Assembly: GCF_964204645.1 (NCBI RefSeq)
Contig: NC_134026.1
Span: 829,950-893,949, forward strand
Reading direction: 5' to 3'
Length of the DNA: 64,000 nucleotides
Origin: Tubulanus polymorphus
Lineage: Eukaryota; Animalia; Nemertea
Part shown: positions 1 to 11,051 of the stretch, one piece after another
Numbering within the stretch: position 1 is the stretch's first letter
How the letters are laid out: the number at the start of each line of letters is the position of its first letter
The notes under the pieces: generated by a model
The model's input: the letters and a program-made list of their open reading frames with translations, nothing else
What the model was told of the DNA's origin: nothing
Database searches by the model: none
Program-made: the position numbers and the translations under genes

Positions 1-1206
1 TCATGCTTACCACTCATAATTAAAAAAAAAACAAATTGTTTTCTTTAATTTTGATACTCAACTGGAGATTAAACGGACGGTACATCATCATGTAAATTTA
101 GGAAAGTCCATATTAGAATTTCGTTTCTTGATGTTCCTATTTACTCTTATCCCAATTTTTGATTTTGGTCAGAGTATGGCGGTATCAAATCATGCGTACA
201 GGGTCAGTCTGTCCATGAGGATACTAGTTGTGATAAGTCAGACAAGTCATGATTAGGCATTGATGCAATTCACTAAGTAAAAAACTGCCACCTGCCACTT
301 TTTTCCACATTAAGTGTTAAATTTTGCTTAAGCCTACAAAAATCACGTCATCATTGATGCCGGTCCTCTGATAGAAGAAAAATAAACTCAACAAAAAAAA
401 CCATTCAGTAAATGATAATGATAATATTGAGTTTATTAATTACAATGCAATAAAAGTGGTTATTTTCAATTTGCCTCGCACAAATTCATACGCTCGCTGT
501 TGTAATGAGGTCACATTTCTCTGGTGAAATTAATCCCTTAAGTTCCTAATCTTTGTTTCTTGGTGAAATAATGTACGTTGCATATTGACCCTCGCCATCA
601 ATGACTCTTGCCTTTCTTTCCTGCCACCTGAAATAATAAAAAGAAAGTATTTCTTAGTGGTTAATTATTGATGTCGAAAAGTCTGTAAAACATTCTTTGA
701 ATTTAGAAAATTATACAGCGGAACCTCGTTGCAACGAACGAGGCACTGCAGGGCACTGATTTGTAAAGATCTACAATAAATTTTTTTTAGTGTTAAAATG
801 AATGTGTTTATTCAAAAGAAGAGTTGACGCACAAATGAGATCCGGGATAAGCCCGCAGTTATATGTTAGTTCACAGAAATCTGCTAATACTTATCACACG
901 GAATATTGTATCTTCCTGAGTCTCTCTCGATCCGGTGATTTGCCGATTTGAAGGTGCACTCACATTTTTATCGAAAAACTGATATAAAATGGTCAAAACT
1001 GAAAGAGAAACTGGAACTCATAGGGAATTTTAAAATTCGGGGGCAGTATTCCTTTCAGCCGTTTGGAACAAGTCGTAAAATTCATGTGCTTATCTTATTT
1101 GATTAGAGTTACACTGACTGAATCTGATTTGACAAGATAAATTCGCCTATAGTGTCATGCCTGTCCCATTCAATAGGCCTAATTGAAGATAGAGACCGGT
1201 AACCTT

Positions 1207-1445
1207 TTACAGAAGCAGCTTCATGCCAACCAGTTTAGGCGCTTGATTAAATTGACAAAACAGAACGGTATTTGAACTTAAGTAATTTTTACAGAATTCG
1301 GTAAGTAATTTACAGTCAAAAATGAAATGTAGTTCGTTGCCTAAAACGTTACAGGTGGGACATAATCTATCGGTTCTCGGTAGATGGAGATTTGACAATT
1401 TATTTACCGGTAAGAGATAAGACCCAATCCCGAACTGGAATAAAC
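1207..1445 (-). mobile_element. Degenerate non-LTR retrotransposon (LINE) ORF2 C-terminal fragment
   Basis: Minus-strand translation ..FGIGSYLLPVNK..LPRTDRLCPTCNVLGNELHFIFDC resembles the C-terminal CxxC..H..C zinc knuckle of LINE ORF2 proteins; no RT domain visible nearby. Confidence 0.65.
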
Positions 1446-1606
1446 TGGTCTTTACTGTCTGGTGCTGCCCCTACGTATTACGATAGCGGGAAAAACGTGA
1501 ACTAACTTATTACTCGCTTGCCAAAGTCTTCGAACGGCTGTACTGGATAAACTATTTACCGATTTGCGAGAATTCTAGTACCACTGAACCACCGATGCAG
1601 ACTTGC

Positions 1607-1666
1607 TACGATTACGATTACGATTACGATTACGATTACGATTACGATTACGATTACGATTACGAT
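1607..1666 (+). repeat. (TACGAT)10 hexanucleotide microsatellite
   Basis: Ten perfect tandem TACGAT units. Confidence 0.97.
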
Positions 1667-1721
1667 TTTATTTACACTCCAACCATTTCCATGGTATATG
1701 GAGGAAAACTATTACACATAT

Positions 1722-1979
1722 CAGGGTCCGATCTAAGGAATGAAAGCCACTTGCCCAGGGGGCAAAGATATCTGAAATTTCGCTTGCCCCTCCAAAAGCT
1801 ACTTGCCCTACTACACAGCCAGTCCGATTGGTGGCACTATAATCCGTTGTATCGAGTGGGAAAAAGCTTTGTGACATAAGATTGCACTAGCCCGGGGGAC
1901 AAGTAATAATGATAACCTACTTGCCCTGATGAGAATATATCTTGTCCCGGGCAATTGGACGTGCTTAGATCGGACCCTG
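1722..1979. mobile_element. Non-autonomous TIR element (MITE family A, hAT-like CAGGG termini), copy 1
   Basis: TIR CAGGGTCCGATCTAAG ... CTTAGATCGGACCCTG; a highly similar inverted copy lies at 22555-22806. Confidence 0.9.
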
Positions 1980-3038
1980 CAATATATACAAATATTTACA
2001 AAACAAAACTGAAGTAATCAAAATTTGGAGGATGAAAACAACAAAATATATACCCTACAATCCTTTTGGGGTGTGTCACCAGGCTTAAATCAGTTTAGGG
2101 ATCAATTATCCAAATCAATAAGTATTTCACACGAAATAGGTGAAAAGTTACGTTTTCCATTTCGAATTACGCCCAGCGTCCTGGAGAGTCACCAAGAAAA
2201 ACCAATTCGAATATTAATTTAGTATTTCAAAACGATTGATAATTTGTGTGAAAATAAACTGGGTCCTCGATGCCAAAATACAGTGAATTGAATTTTGTTA
2301 TTTGTAATTGCCGAATGAATGGTTAAGTAAATAATTCATATAAAACCTGAAAATCCTAAAATTATTGCCTAGAGATAAACATTAATTAAACCTATTCAGA
2401 AATATACCGTGGACCGGAGCTGTTTAATATCCGCAGTGCATTTAGTAAATTTATAACACATATAATATAAATCACGGGCTCGTAAAATAATTCTAAAAAT
2501 TCTTTTTATATATATTGTACCTTGGATATTGGATAATCTAAGCTACAGTTCACCCCCAAACTTCAAATACGAGTGAAAATACCTGTGAAATAAATTAGTG
2601 AAATTGAAAATCAGAACAGGTCCTATTTCAGGGTCATAAAACCAACTGATCTGACCGAAAGTCGCATTAAAATGCGCACCAAAATATAGAAAGTTGTTTT
2701 AACGGGTATAGACTAACGCAATGCAAGAGAGCCGTGATTTCGTTCGTCAGTTTCAGTAAAACAGTAAACATAGAAAACAAATATACTCTATGAAAAGGTG
2801 GATAAATAACGAGTCACTTAAAATCAAATATTTTATCAGTAGATATAGTGACGGGTAATGCGGTAGTTTGGATCGGATTTCAATCTCAGTTTACAAGCGT
2901 CTCTATGGATTTATTCAATACCGTTAAGAAGTGTTTATGATTTACTTGTATTTTTGGCACAGGAGGAGGAAGGTCGTACTCGCAGAATTCGGTCATATTT
3001 AACTTAGATTGTTTATCTTCGGAAGCGAGCTTATAAAA

Positions 3039-4121
3039 ATGGCCCGCGCACCTCTGACTCAGAGGGATATCGGCAGTAGTGGTTCGTTATCGTTGAACAG
3101 GGAATACAAGAAAACTTCTCGAGGAAAACCTTCGCGATCTTTACATGAAATGGATAAAAAACAACTGCGATTGTGGATCGACAGGAACGATAGTTTGTAC
3201 CCGGGATTGAAACGGTTGAAATTACGCGGCAAAGAATTGTCGAAAATGCCAAATTCGTTGTGGGGTTTGATAGATTTAGAAATGTTAGATTTGAGTCCAG
3301 AACGCGAGTCGTGTATGGACTATCGATTACCTCACGTTCCGAGAGAAATCAGCAAACTGATCAATTTGAAAATCTTACTTTTAGACACTAATCAGTTGAT
3401 ATCGTTACCGTCGGAATTATGTTTGTTGACGAGTTTGGAAAGATTGACTCTTAGCAACAACCTGTTGTCCGAGTTGCCGAATGATATGCCAAGAATGCGT
3501 CGACTACAAAGTCTTCATTTGGCCAATAACGATTTCAAAGAATTTCCAATCCAAATTTGCGACATTCCTAGGTTAGAATTTTTCGATATCAGCGGCAACA
3601 AAATACGTAGTGTACCGGAAAGAATTTCCCATCTGAAACATCTAGAATCGTTGATTTTATTTGATAATAAGATAGAGCGTCTACCAGACGGATTGTGCGC
3701 GTTGATACGTCTTCGATTGTTCTGGGTCGGTAATAATCGTATCAAATATTTACCTCGAGAATTTGGTAAGTTGAAATTATTGGACTGGGGCTGGCACTAC
3801 ACTTCAACGACCATGGACGGGAACCCACTCATTCACCCTCCTATAGACGTGTGTCGACAAGGACCCGACGCCATCGAAGATTACATGCAGCGAATGGGTC
3901 ACCATGTCCAACGTGAACAAGATCGAATTTACGTCAAAGACAAACCCTACAAAGTGCCACCTATCGTCGAAATAAATGACGACGATGAAGAACAAGAATT
4001 GATTGAACTGGAAGAGGAGAGAGCGAACGATTTCTTGACTGTCGATCATAGGAAATCAATCCGGGAACTACGACGGGGTTCGACCCCGATTCCGTCACCG
4101 TTACCGGATCAAGACTGGTAA
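3039..4121 (+). CDS. Leucine-rich repeat protein, single coding exon, about 360 aa
   Basis: Long ORF with ATG at 3039; repeated LxxLxLxxNxLxxLP units; LRR C-cap GNPLIHPPIDVCRQGPDAIEDYM; acidic tail; AATAAA near 4378; probable 5' UTR intron ending at 2962. Confidence 0.9.
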   Translation: MARAPLTQRDIGSSGSLSLNREYKKTSRGKPSRSLHEMDKKQLRLWIDRNDSLYPGLKRLKLRGKELSKMPNSLWGLIDLEMLDLSPERESCMDYRLPHVPREISKLINLKILLLDTNQLISLPSELCLLTSLERLTLSNNLLSELPNDMPRMRRLQSLHLANNDFKEFPIQICDIPRLEFFDISGNKIRSVPERISHLKHLESLILFDNKIERLPDGLCALIRLRLFWVGNNRIKYLPREFGKLKLLDWGWHYTSTTMDGNPLIHPPIDVCRQGPDAIEDYMQRMGHHVQREQDRIYVKDKPYKVPPIVEINDDDEEQELIELEEERANDFLTVDHRKSIRELRRGSTPIPSPLPDQDW

Positions 4122-5061
4122 ATCTCGCCCTATCCACTGTTTGAAATTGGGTCTGAAATCTTGATCATTGTCCATTTCTGTGTCTTAGACCCGAGTTAGT
4201 TTTTGCCTATATCTAGACATAATTTGATTTAATTTCAACTCATACATATAGAATGATATAAATTTACAAACAGATGAACTAAATCAATATATGAGAAATA
4301 ATCGTGATTAAATCGTTTCCTCTATCCACATTGTATTGTTTATATAGTTGTAATACATTTCTGTAATTTATGATTGAAATAAAATTTGTTATCACTATTT
4401 TGTTATAGCTCTTATGTTCAGATCACAACGATACGTTTTATTTCAGATTTGTTTCTTTCATGGTTGATTATTATCATTCATATATTTACATTATATCATA
4501 TAATAAGGCAACAGATACTCCCACAGTTGAAAACTACACTAACCGGATTTTAATAAAATGAATAGTGTTCTTGCATAGAGTTATTATACGAATCTCGATC
4601 CAACACATCCGTTATACTTAAAAAACATAAACCCATTAACTGAGAAAAATGAATTTCCCATACCCCCTGGGAATATCAGAAATGATCACATTGTCTTTTT
4701 TTGTATTCGCCGAATACTGTCAGCATGTATCGTCACTCCAGGTGTATGACTGGTTTCTTCCAAGGAAAAAAACAAAATTAATTTCTCGATTACGTCTGTG
4801 ATTGAAAAAGCATGGGAAAGTTCACGAGTACAATTTTACATTAATATACTCGCTAGTCGCTTAGGGTTAGTGATTGAATTGGAGACAACTTCCAAAATTA
4901 TCAATTAAATTCGAATAATCGATTAAACAGTAGCTTTACATTGTCAAAGAAAAATCTTAAATGAACAAATGTTTTCAGTCTTTAGACTCGGGGGTGTCCT
5001 CTCAATAAACTATATTTTGTCAATGTTATATTTCTCAATAAATATATGATTACAATAACAA

Positions 5062-5123
5062 TGTGAACATTGAATATGATTTTATTTCTAGAAATAAAAT
5101 CATATTCATGTTCAATGTTCACA
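5062..5123. repeat. AT-rich palindrome with a perfect 38-bp core (5071-5108)
   Basis: TGAATATGATTTTATTTCT|AGAAATAAAATCATATTCA, with outer arms TGTGAACAT / ATGTTCACA. Confidence 0.9.
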
Positions 5124-5529
5124 ATTTTGCAAAGCCATGATTAAAGCGAGACCTCTTCGAAGAAAACTTCAAATGAGTGGTGATGATTTCCTGTTAAGGA
5201 TGTCTCCGCGGGAGACCGTGTGCTAATGCTTCCCGATGTGATAATTATATAAAGGGACGTCACGTCTAAAGGAGGAAGTAGTTAGGAACTTGTAAATGCG
5301 TCTAATTAGACCTACGCGTATCATTTTATTATCCTATGTACACTATCATTTGCGAAGCCAGATTTATTTCAAACACCGTCAGAGATGTTCACACCCAGTT
5401 ATCAAATCGTTCTCTTCTAGTTAGGTTTTTTTAAATAGTTCTGACGTTTTTTGAAGCAACGCTGTTATTAATAAGGTTGCCATAGCAAACTCTAAAAGAC
5501 GACTCCAAAAGCTGCCGTGATCGGAGAAA

Positions 5530-8500
5530 ATGAAGAAGTCACGATGGAGCCGACCTGTAAATGATGATGAGAGTTTTAAGTCGGGTATCAGTAGGGCAGG
5601 AAATATAATGCTGAGTAAGGATACGATATCGTCCTCTGTGAGTTCACTAACGCCGTCACAACTAAACGCTGCTATTTTGAATTTGCTGAATATTTCACCT
5701 GAAAGCGGACGATTTGTATGTCAAGGTAGGTCCGCTGAATTCGTGAATTAGAATGAATAAGAAAGTTGTGTTGCGAAATCAATATTCATCTTTTTCGCTA
5801 AACGTTGTTTGAAGTATTGACGATTCACCGAAATTCAAAATCCAAAAGTGCTACAATTTTACAGATACAAGATATTTTTCTTTTAATCTGCGTTTGTTTT
5901 TAGGTGACCCACTTACAACTAAAGGCAAACGAATACAAGTTTTGAAGATTTTGTCCACTGTATCCATCCCGCTTTTGATTTTATTGGGTCTAACCGCAAA
6001 TGTTTTCAGCGGAATGTTGAAAGCTCACAAGTCGTTACAATCAGTAAGAGATATCGTGTATCACGGAGCTGAGATCGGCTCCTTGATTCACCAGTTACAG
6101 CGAGAACGTGACGTCAGTTCCCTTTATATCAGCGTCATCGGACCGAGCACGAAAAAACGTCTAATCAATCAGTACCCGCTGACAGACAACGCCATCGCAA
6201 ACCTCTCCTTCTGGTCGTCTGACGGAGAATTAATCAGCGACAGACCGGAATTCAAGAATCGCGAGACCTTCCAAAATTACCTCAATCGTCATCGATATCG
6301 TCTGGATACTGCTAACTCAACATTAGTCGACGAACTTTTATTCTATACAGAGAATAACGAAATACTTTTGAAATGGCTTTCCGATTCTGTATCGGATATA
6401 CGTACGGGGGACTTGTGGACACTGTTAGTCGCATACTTAGAACTGCTCCAAGCTAAAGATAGTTTTGGGTTAGAGCGTGGTTTGGGGATAATTTACTTCG
6501 TTCGCGGAGGTTTCCCGACGTACGAAACGTATTTACAGTTTCTTTATTATCAAGATGACGCGAACATCACTTTTGAATCAGCGCGTTTATTTTCCCCGTT
6601 AGTTATGGAGATGTACAGAGAAACCATCCGTGGTAACGACAGTTTTTTCGAGCAAATCAACGAGTTCAGAATCGAGGCTCGCGAAAATAACTTGACTACT
6701 AAACCGAACGAGGAGCGTGCAGAGGTGAGTGAGGCGACGTCACCCACTGAACATCTCATTATTAGACACCCATTATCAATATAGTTCTAGCTTCAAAGAT
6801 CGTTAGAGATCGAGTCGAAACTTCATAGATTCAGACGACTAACTACATCTTATACATCTATCAATATTATGGTGGTAGAATATAATAGAATATAACTTAA
6901 ATGTTCTTGGCATTATGTGTCATACATCATCACATCAGTGCATGAGAATAATCTAAGTGTTCATGATAAGACTCCTCTGACCGCTTGAAACTCACTGATT
7001 CCTTTCGCCAATTTCTCTACAGACTTGCATTTCCTGAGTCGGCGCTTTTGAGCATTTAATGGAAAGGCGCCTTATACGTGTTGCAATGATGATGATAATG
7101 AAAACTCCTAGAAATGAATAATGTTTCAATCTAATTCCATCTAACTGAGCAATAAAGTTATAAAGGTTATGTGTTCACCGAATGGTTCAACTGAATATTT
7201 TTGTAGATTTGGTATTCGTTGATGTCGCTGTATATCGATCATTTATTCGATACATCAGTTCGACTGAGGAATAAAATTCTCGCAGTTCTCGACGAACGCC
7301 TCGACAACGACCTCGCTAATATCGTCATTATAGCTTTAGTATTCGCTATAGTTATTATACTGTGCCCGGTGATTTTGAATGCTGTTTATGAACTGACTTC
7401 TAGTATTCAAGGATATTCCTTGAATCTTGCTGACAGGTAATGATTAATCGTTCGATTCCCTCCTGTTCGATTCATCCATACGGGCTACATCTTTGATTTT
7501 CAGATTTTTTCGAATTTTCTATCTATATAATATCGACCCTCAATTCTGTAAACTATTTGTTCTTCTATGCGCCGCGATTCCTTGTTGTTGACATCAGGAT
7601 CCAGTTCCACTTGCATCGTCAGTCCAAATTAAAACTATTTGACAACCTTCAATATTACCTAGAGTATCAAAGTTTTAAATGGATTTAATTATCTAAAACC
7701 TGGATAGATGAATCTACATCAATGGTAACCTTCAGAAGCTTGCAAAATAGCAAATATGTCCATTTTCAGAACTAAAGCTTTGAATCGTGAGAAGAAACGA
7801 ACCGACACGCTGCTCTATCAAATGTTACCCAAACAAGTGGCTGAACAGTTGAAAAACAATATGGAAGTGAAGGCTGAATCGTTCTCCGATGTGACTATAT
7901 TTTTCTCCGATATTGTTGGTTTTACTCAAATCTCTGCTAGAAGTTCTCCAATACAGGTCGGTTTTTACGTGTTGGTCGTCGTCAACTCGAGATGTATTTC
8001 GTAATTCAACGTCTTTTCTCAAATGTTTTTGCAGGTAGTTCAAATGTTGAACAGTCTTTATACATGTTTCGACAAACGTATCGAATTGTACGATGTTTAT
8101 AAGGTAGAAACTATCGGTGATGCCTACATGGTGGCTTCAGGTGAGATAGAACTTAGATCAGACGATTTTTGGAAATACCTATTATGTCACACATGCGTCT
8201 GAATGTGGCTGTTTTTAGGATTGCCCACACGAAATGGAAGAAGACACTCCGCTGAGATCGGAACGATGGCTTTGGACCTACTCGATCAGATTGCGCTGTT
8301 AGAAATCCCACACTTGCCAGGGACTGTGTTCCAGCTTCGGATTGGTTGTCATACGGGTTTGTCATCTATAGCTGAAATAAGAAGGCACTAGTCATTGAAA
8401 ATAGACAATTTTTACGGGTTTTTTTTCTGATTGTTTTACCAGGTCCGGTCGTTGCTGGGATTGTCGGATCGAAAATGCCACGATATTGTTTGTTTGGTGA

Positions 8501-9897
8501 ATCAGTAACTATTGCATCAAAGATGGAATCACTCGGAGTTCGTAAGTGTTCAATAAACTTCAATGATAGAATAGTCGAAAATCATTATTTTAATTCCTTC
8601 ATCTCAAATGTCGTAGATATTCAAAACGAATGTAACATGTGGAGTCAAAGCGTATCGAATGGCAATAGCTACATATGGTTATAAATTAAGTGATATTAAG
8701 ATGTATTTTTTAAGCGGGAAAGATTCACATGAGTTGGTATTGTTACTCGGCGTTAGATGCACTTGGTGGTTTCGTTATGTCTTGTCGCGAGGAAGACGTC
8801 GTCGTGGTAAGTGCTCTTACTCCCTAAACCAACATGGTCTCCTTACCTACCAACTCGTTCTCTACAGTGTAGTCAGGATCCTACTGTTTTCATGCGCGCC
8901 GATACGAAATTATGGAAAGTAGAGCTTTTCTCTGCACCTCAAATTCTATACGTAAAACTGTCAGGGAAAGCCCGTCTTTTAAACGTTATCTTAAAACTTA
9001 CCTTGTTAGAAGAACATTTGAAGTGTGATTATACTTTTATATCTTCTAAATTTCTCACAATGTTTTACTACATTTTGATGATCCTTATATTTTTATACTT
9101 TAAAGCGCCGTGATCAAATTCAAATAGTACGGGGCGCTATATAAGAAAAAAGATATTATCATTACTATCATTATCATTATTTATTACCATTACTATTACT
9201 ATCATTATTATTATTATTATTATTATTATACAACTCTTTTGAGAAAAGAGGCATTGGGAAATGAATCGGATGATTGCGTTCAAAAACGGAAATTAATTCA
9301 ATTGTATTTCATTTTTAGTTACACTCGCTTCATACTGTTTATTTGATTAGGATGATTTAGTATTAACCAAGGCAATGGAAGGTGAGACAGCCACTTATTG
9401 GTTATTAGATCGTATCGGCAGAAGGCAAATGATGCCTCGATTGGCTGATGACGGTTCTGATCTAGCGACAACTAGTGAAAATGGTAAATTTACAAATTTG
9501 ATCTATTCGTACTGAGTTCACGTAGGATACGCCTTCGAAATAAGCTCTTCGCCGCGTGTTCAAAATCTTTGATTTTCTTAAGTGATTTTTGTAAAATTTA
9601 TGAAATATTCTCTAGGGAGGTGACCGGTCGGTCTGTGTACTAGAAAATGCAGTGTTCTCAATGTTAGAAAGATAAATCTACTTTACAGATTACCGGTACT
9701 CCCGCGTGTGGAATAAAAGAAATTTCAATTTTGCAGAAATATTCATCTTAAAATATCCTACATCAATATCTATCATCGAACACTTATTTGACATAAATTT
9801 CGTGTTTTTAGATCATGAAAGTAAAGCGAGTACTCCGGTTCATCAGGATACAAACAGTGGTGTTGTTGCCGGTACAAGTGGAGTTCAACACCGATGA
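5530..9897 (+). CDS. NIT (nitrate/nitrite-sensing) domain transmembrane guanylyl cyclase (NIT-GC)
   Basis: Phase-consistent exons 5530-5725, 5904-6724, 7207-7436, 7770-7956, 8035-8140, 8219-8356, 8443-8541, 8715-8806, 9351-9483, 9812-9897. TM1 ([15 protein letters not shown]), NIT motifs [12 protein letters not shown] and [12 protein letters not shown]2 ([18 protein letters not shown]), signalling helix [18 protein letters not shown], cyclase motifs [26 protein letters not shown]. Confidence 0.92.
6960..7100 (+). mobile_element. SINE/LINE 3' end remnant in NIT-GC intron
   Basis: GCGCTTTTGAGCA...GGCGCCTTATAC followed by an (ATG)n tail, resembling the 3' tail of the SINE at 17387-17702. Confidence 0.4.
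9100..9230 (+). mobile_element. L2-type retroposon 3' tail with (ATT)n microsatellite
   Basis: AAAGCGCCGTGA...GGCGCTATATAAG followed by degenerate (ATT)n; same GCGCTATATAA motif as the SINE 3' end near 17677. Confidence 0.6.
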
Positions 9898-11051
9898 AAA
9901 TGTTTCCCAGCCCCGGTGTCACTATCTTCATGTAAAATCCAAAAAGTGTTACCATATTTTCAATGTCTTGCATCCAAAAAAAAATCTTCGGAGTTCATAT
10001 ATATATGTAGTAATTTTGTGCATGTATTTTGTACTATTGTGCTCTCCAGATGTGACATTTTTCCAAAACAGACGGAATTTAATAATCTTATGAATTAACC
10101 TTTGGCGAGAAAAAGTTTCCGGTAATAAAGTATATTATCTTGATATAAAATAGACTATCATTTGAAAATCCGGGACAGATCCATAGTATCATAGTTAATT
10201 GAAATTAGGCACCGTCCGTATTGTTCGGAAATTCATATTCCGGCGGTGCTGCATTTTAGTGCACAGAAATTCCGCTAACGTAATTCATAGGGGCAGCACT
10301 GAACGGTCAAGATCTAACACAGTTTCGCTGTTCTACTGTGGCATGTGAGGAATGCCGAAATCTTTCTTGTTCAAATTTCATTCATCACTCAAAACTAGTT
10401 TGAATCAAAAGAACAATTGAATCAACGTTGAATCAACGTTAAAGCTTTATTTGCTTTTGAAATAGATTTTTAAGCCACTCTCTCTAGAACTCTTTGTTCA
10501 GCGAATGTATTAGCATGCGGTAAAGCGGCAGCGTTTAGTGATGACTTACATGCCACAGGAAGAAATCAAAGCAAATTAACTTTTATTCCCCCTAAAAAAT
10601 GTATGTACGTGACGTGGCCTAATGTTGTACATTTATCGAACTGAAAAATAGTGGCCCTAGGAAGGATTGTTTTGACCGCCCTGAGCATGATTTACCAGAG
10701 GCTTACGCTTAAAATGTTGATTACTATCTTATAGGCCTACAGCGCTGAAAACGAATCAATTTTGATGAGTGAAAACTTTCTCCATTGTCATTCACTTCAT
10801 CCACGCTTTTGTTCGTATGATATTCACCACCGGACAGTGTTTCATTTTTATTCGTTGTATTTTAGATGTCATTGAATAATTCCTCTAGTCAATCACTTCA
10901 CTGCAGGGGTGAAAACCGATCTATTGAATTTGAATCCCGAATCATTGAAAGTCTCTCACCATGAACAAAACACTTAACAAATTCGACTAATTATCATAAT
11001 TATATGTTCTTTAATTAAAATCAAAATTCCTGTTAAAAAACATAACTCTTT

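Noticed and set aside
1-630. Possible 5' exons of a minus-strand gene leaving the window (donor near 10, exon-like 578-627)
   Set aside because: Only splice-like signals, with no recognisable protein; cannot be supported from this window.
1595-1879. 94-aa ORF with (YD)n
   Set aside because: It is the translation of a microsatellite plus a MITE.
3031-4049. Antisense ORFs overlapping real exons (also at 11341, 14910, 43506, 51142 and 55359)
   Set aside because: Shadow frames of genuine coding sequence with no independent evidence.
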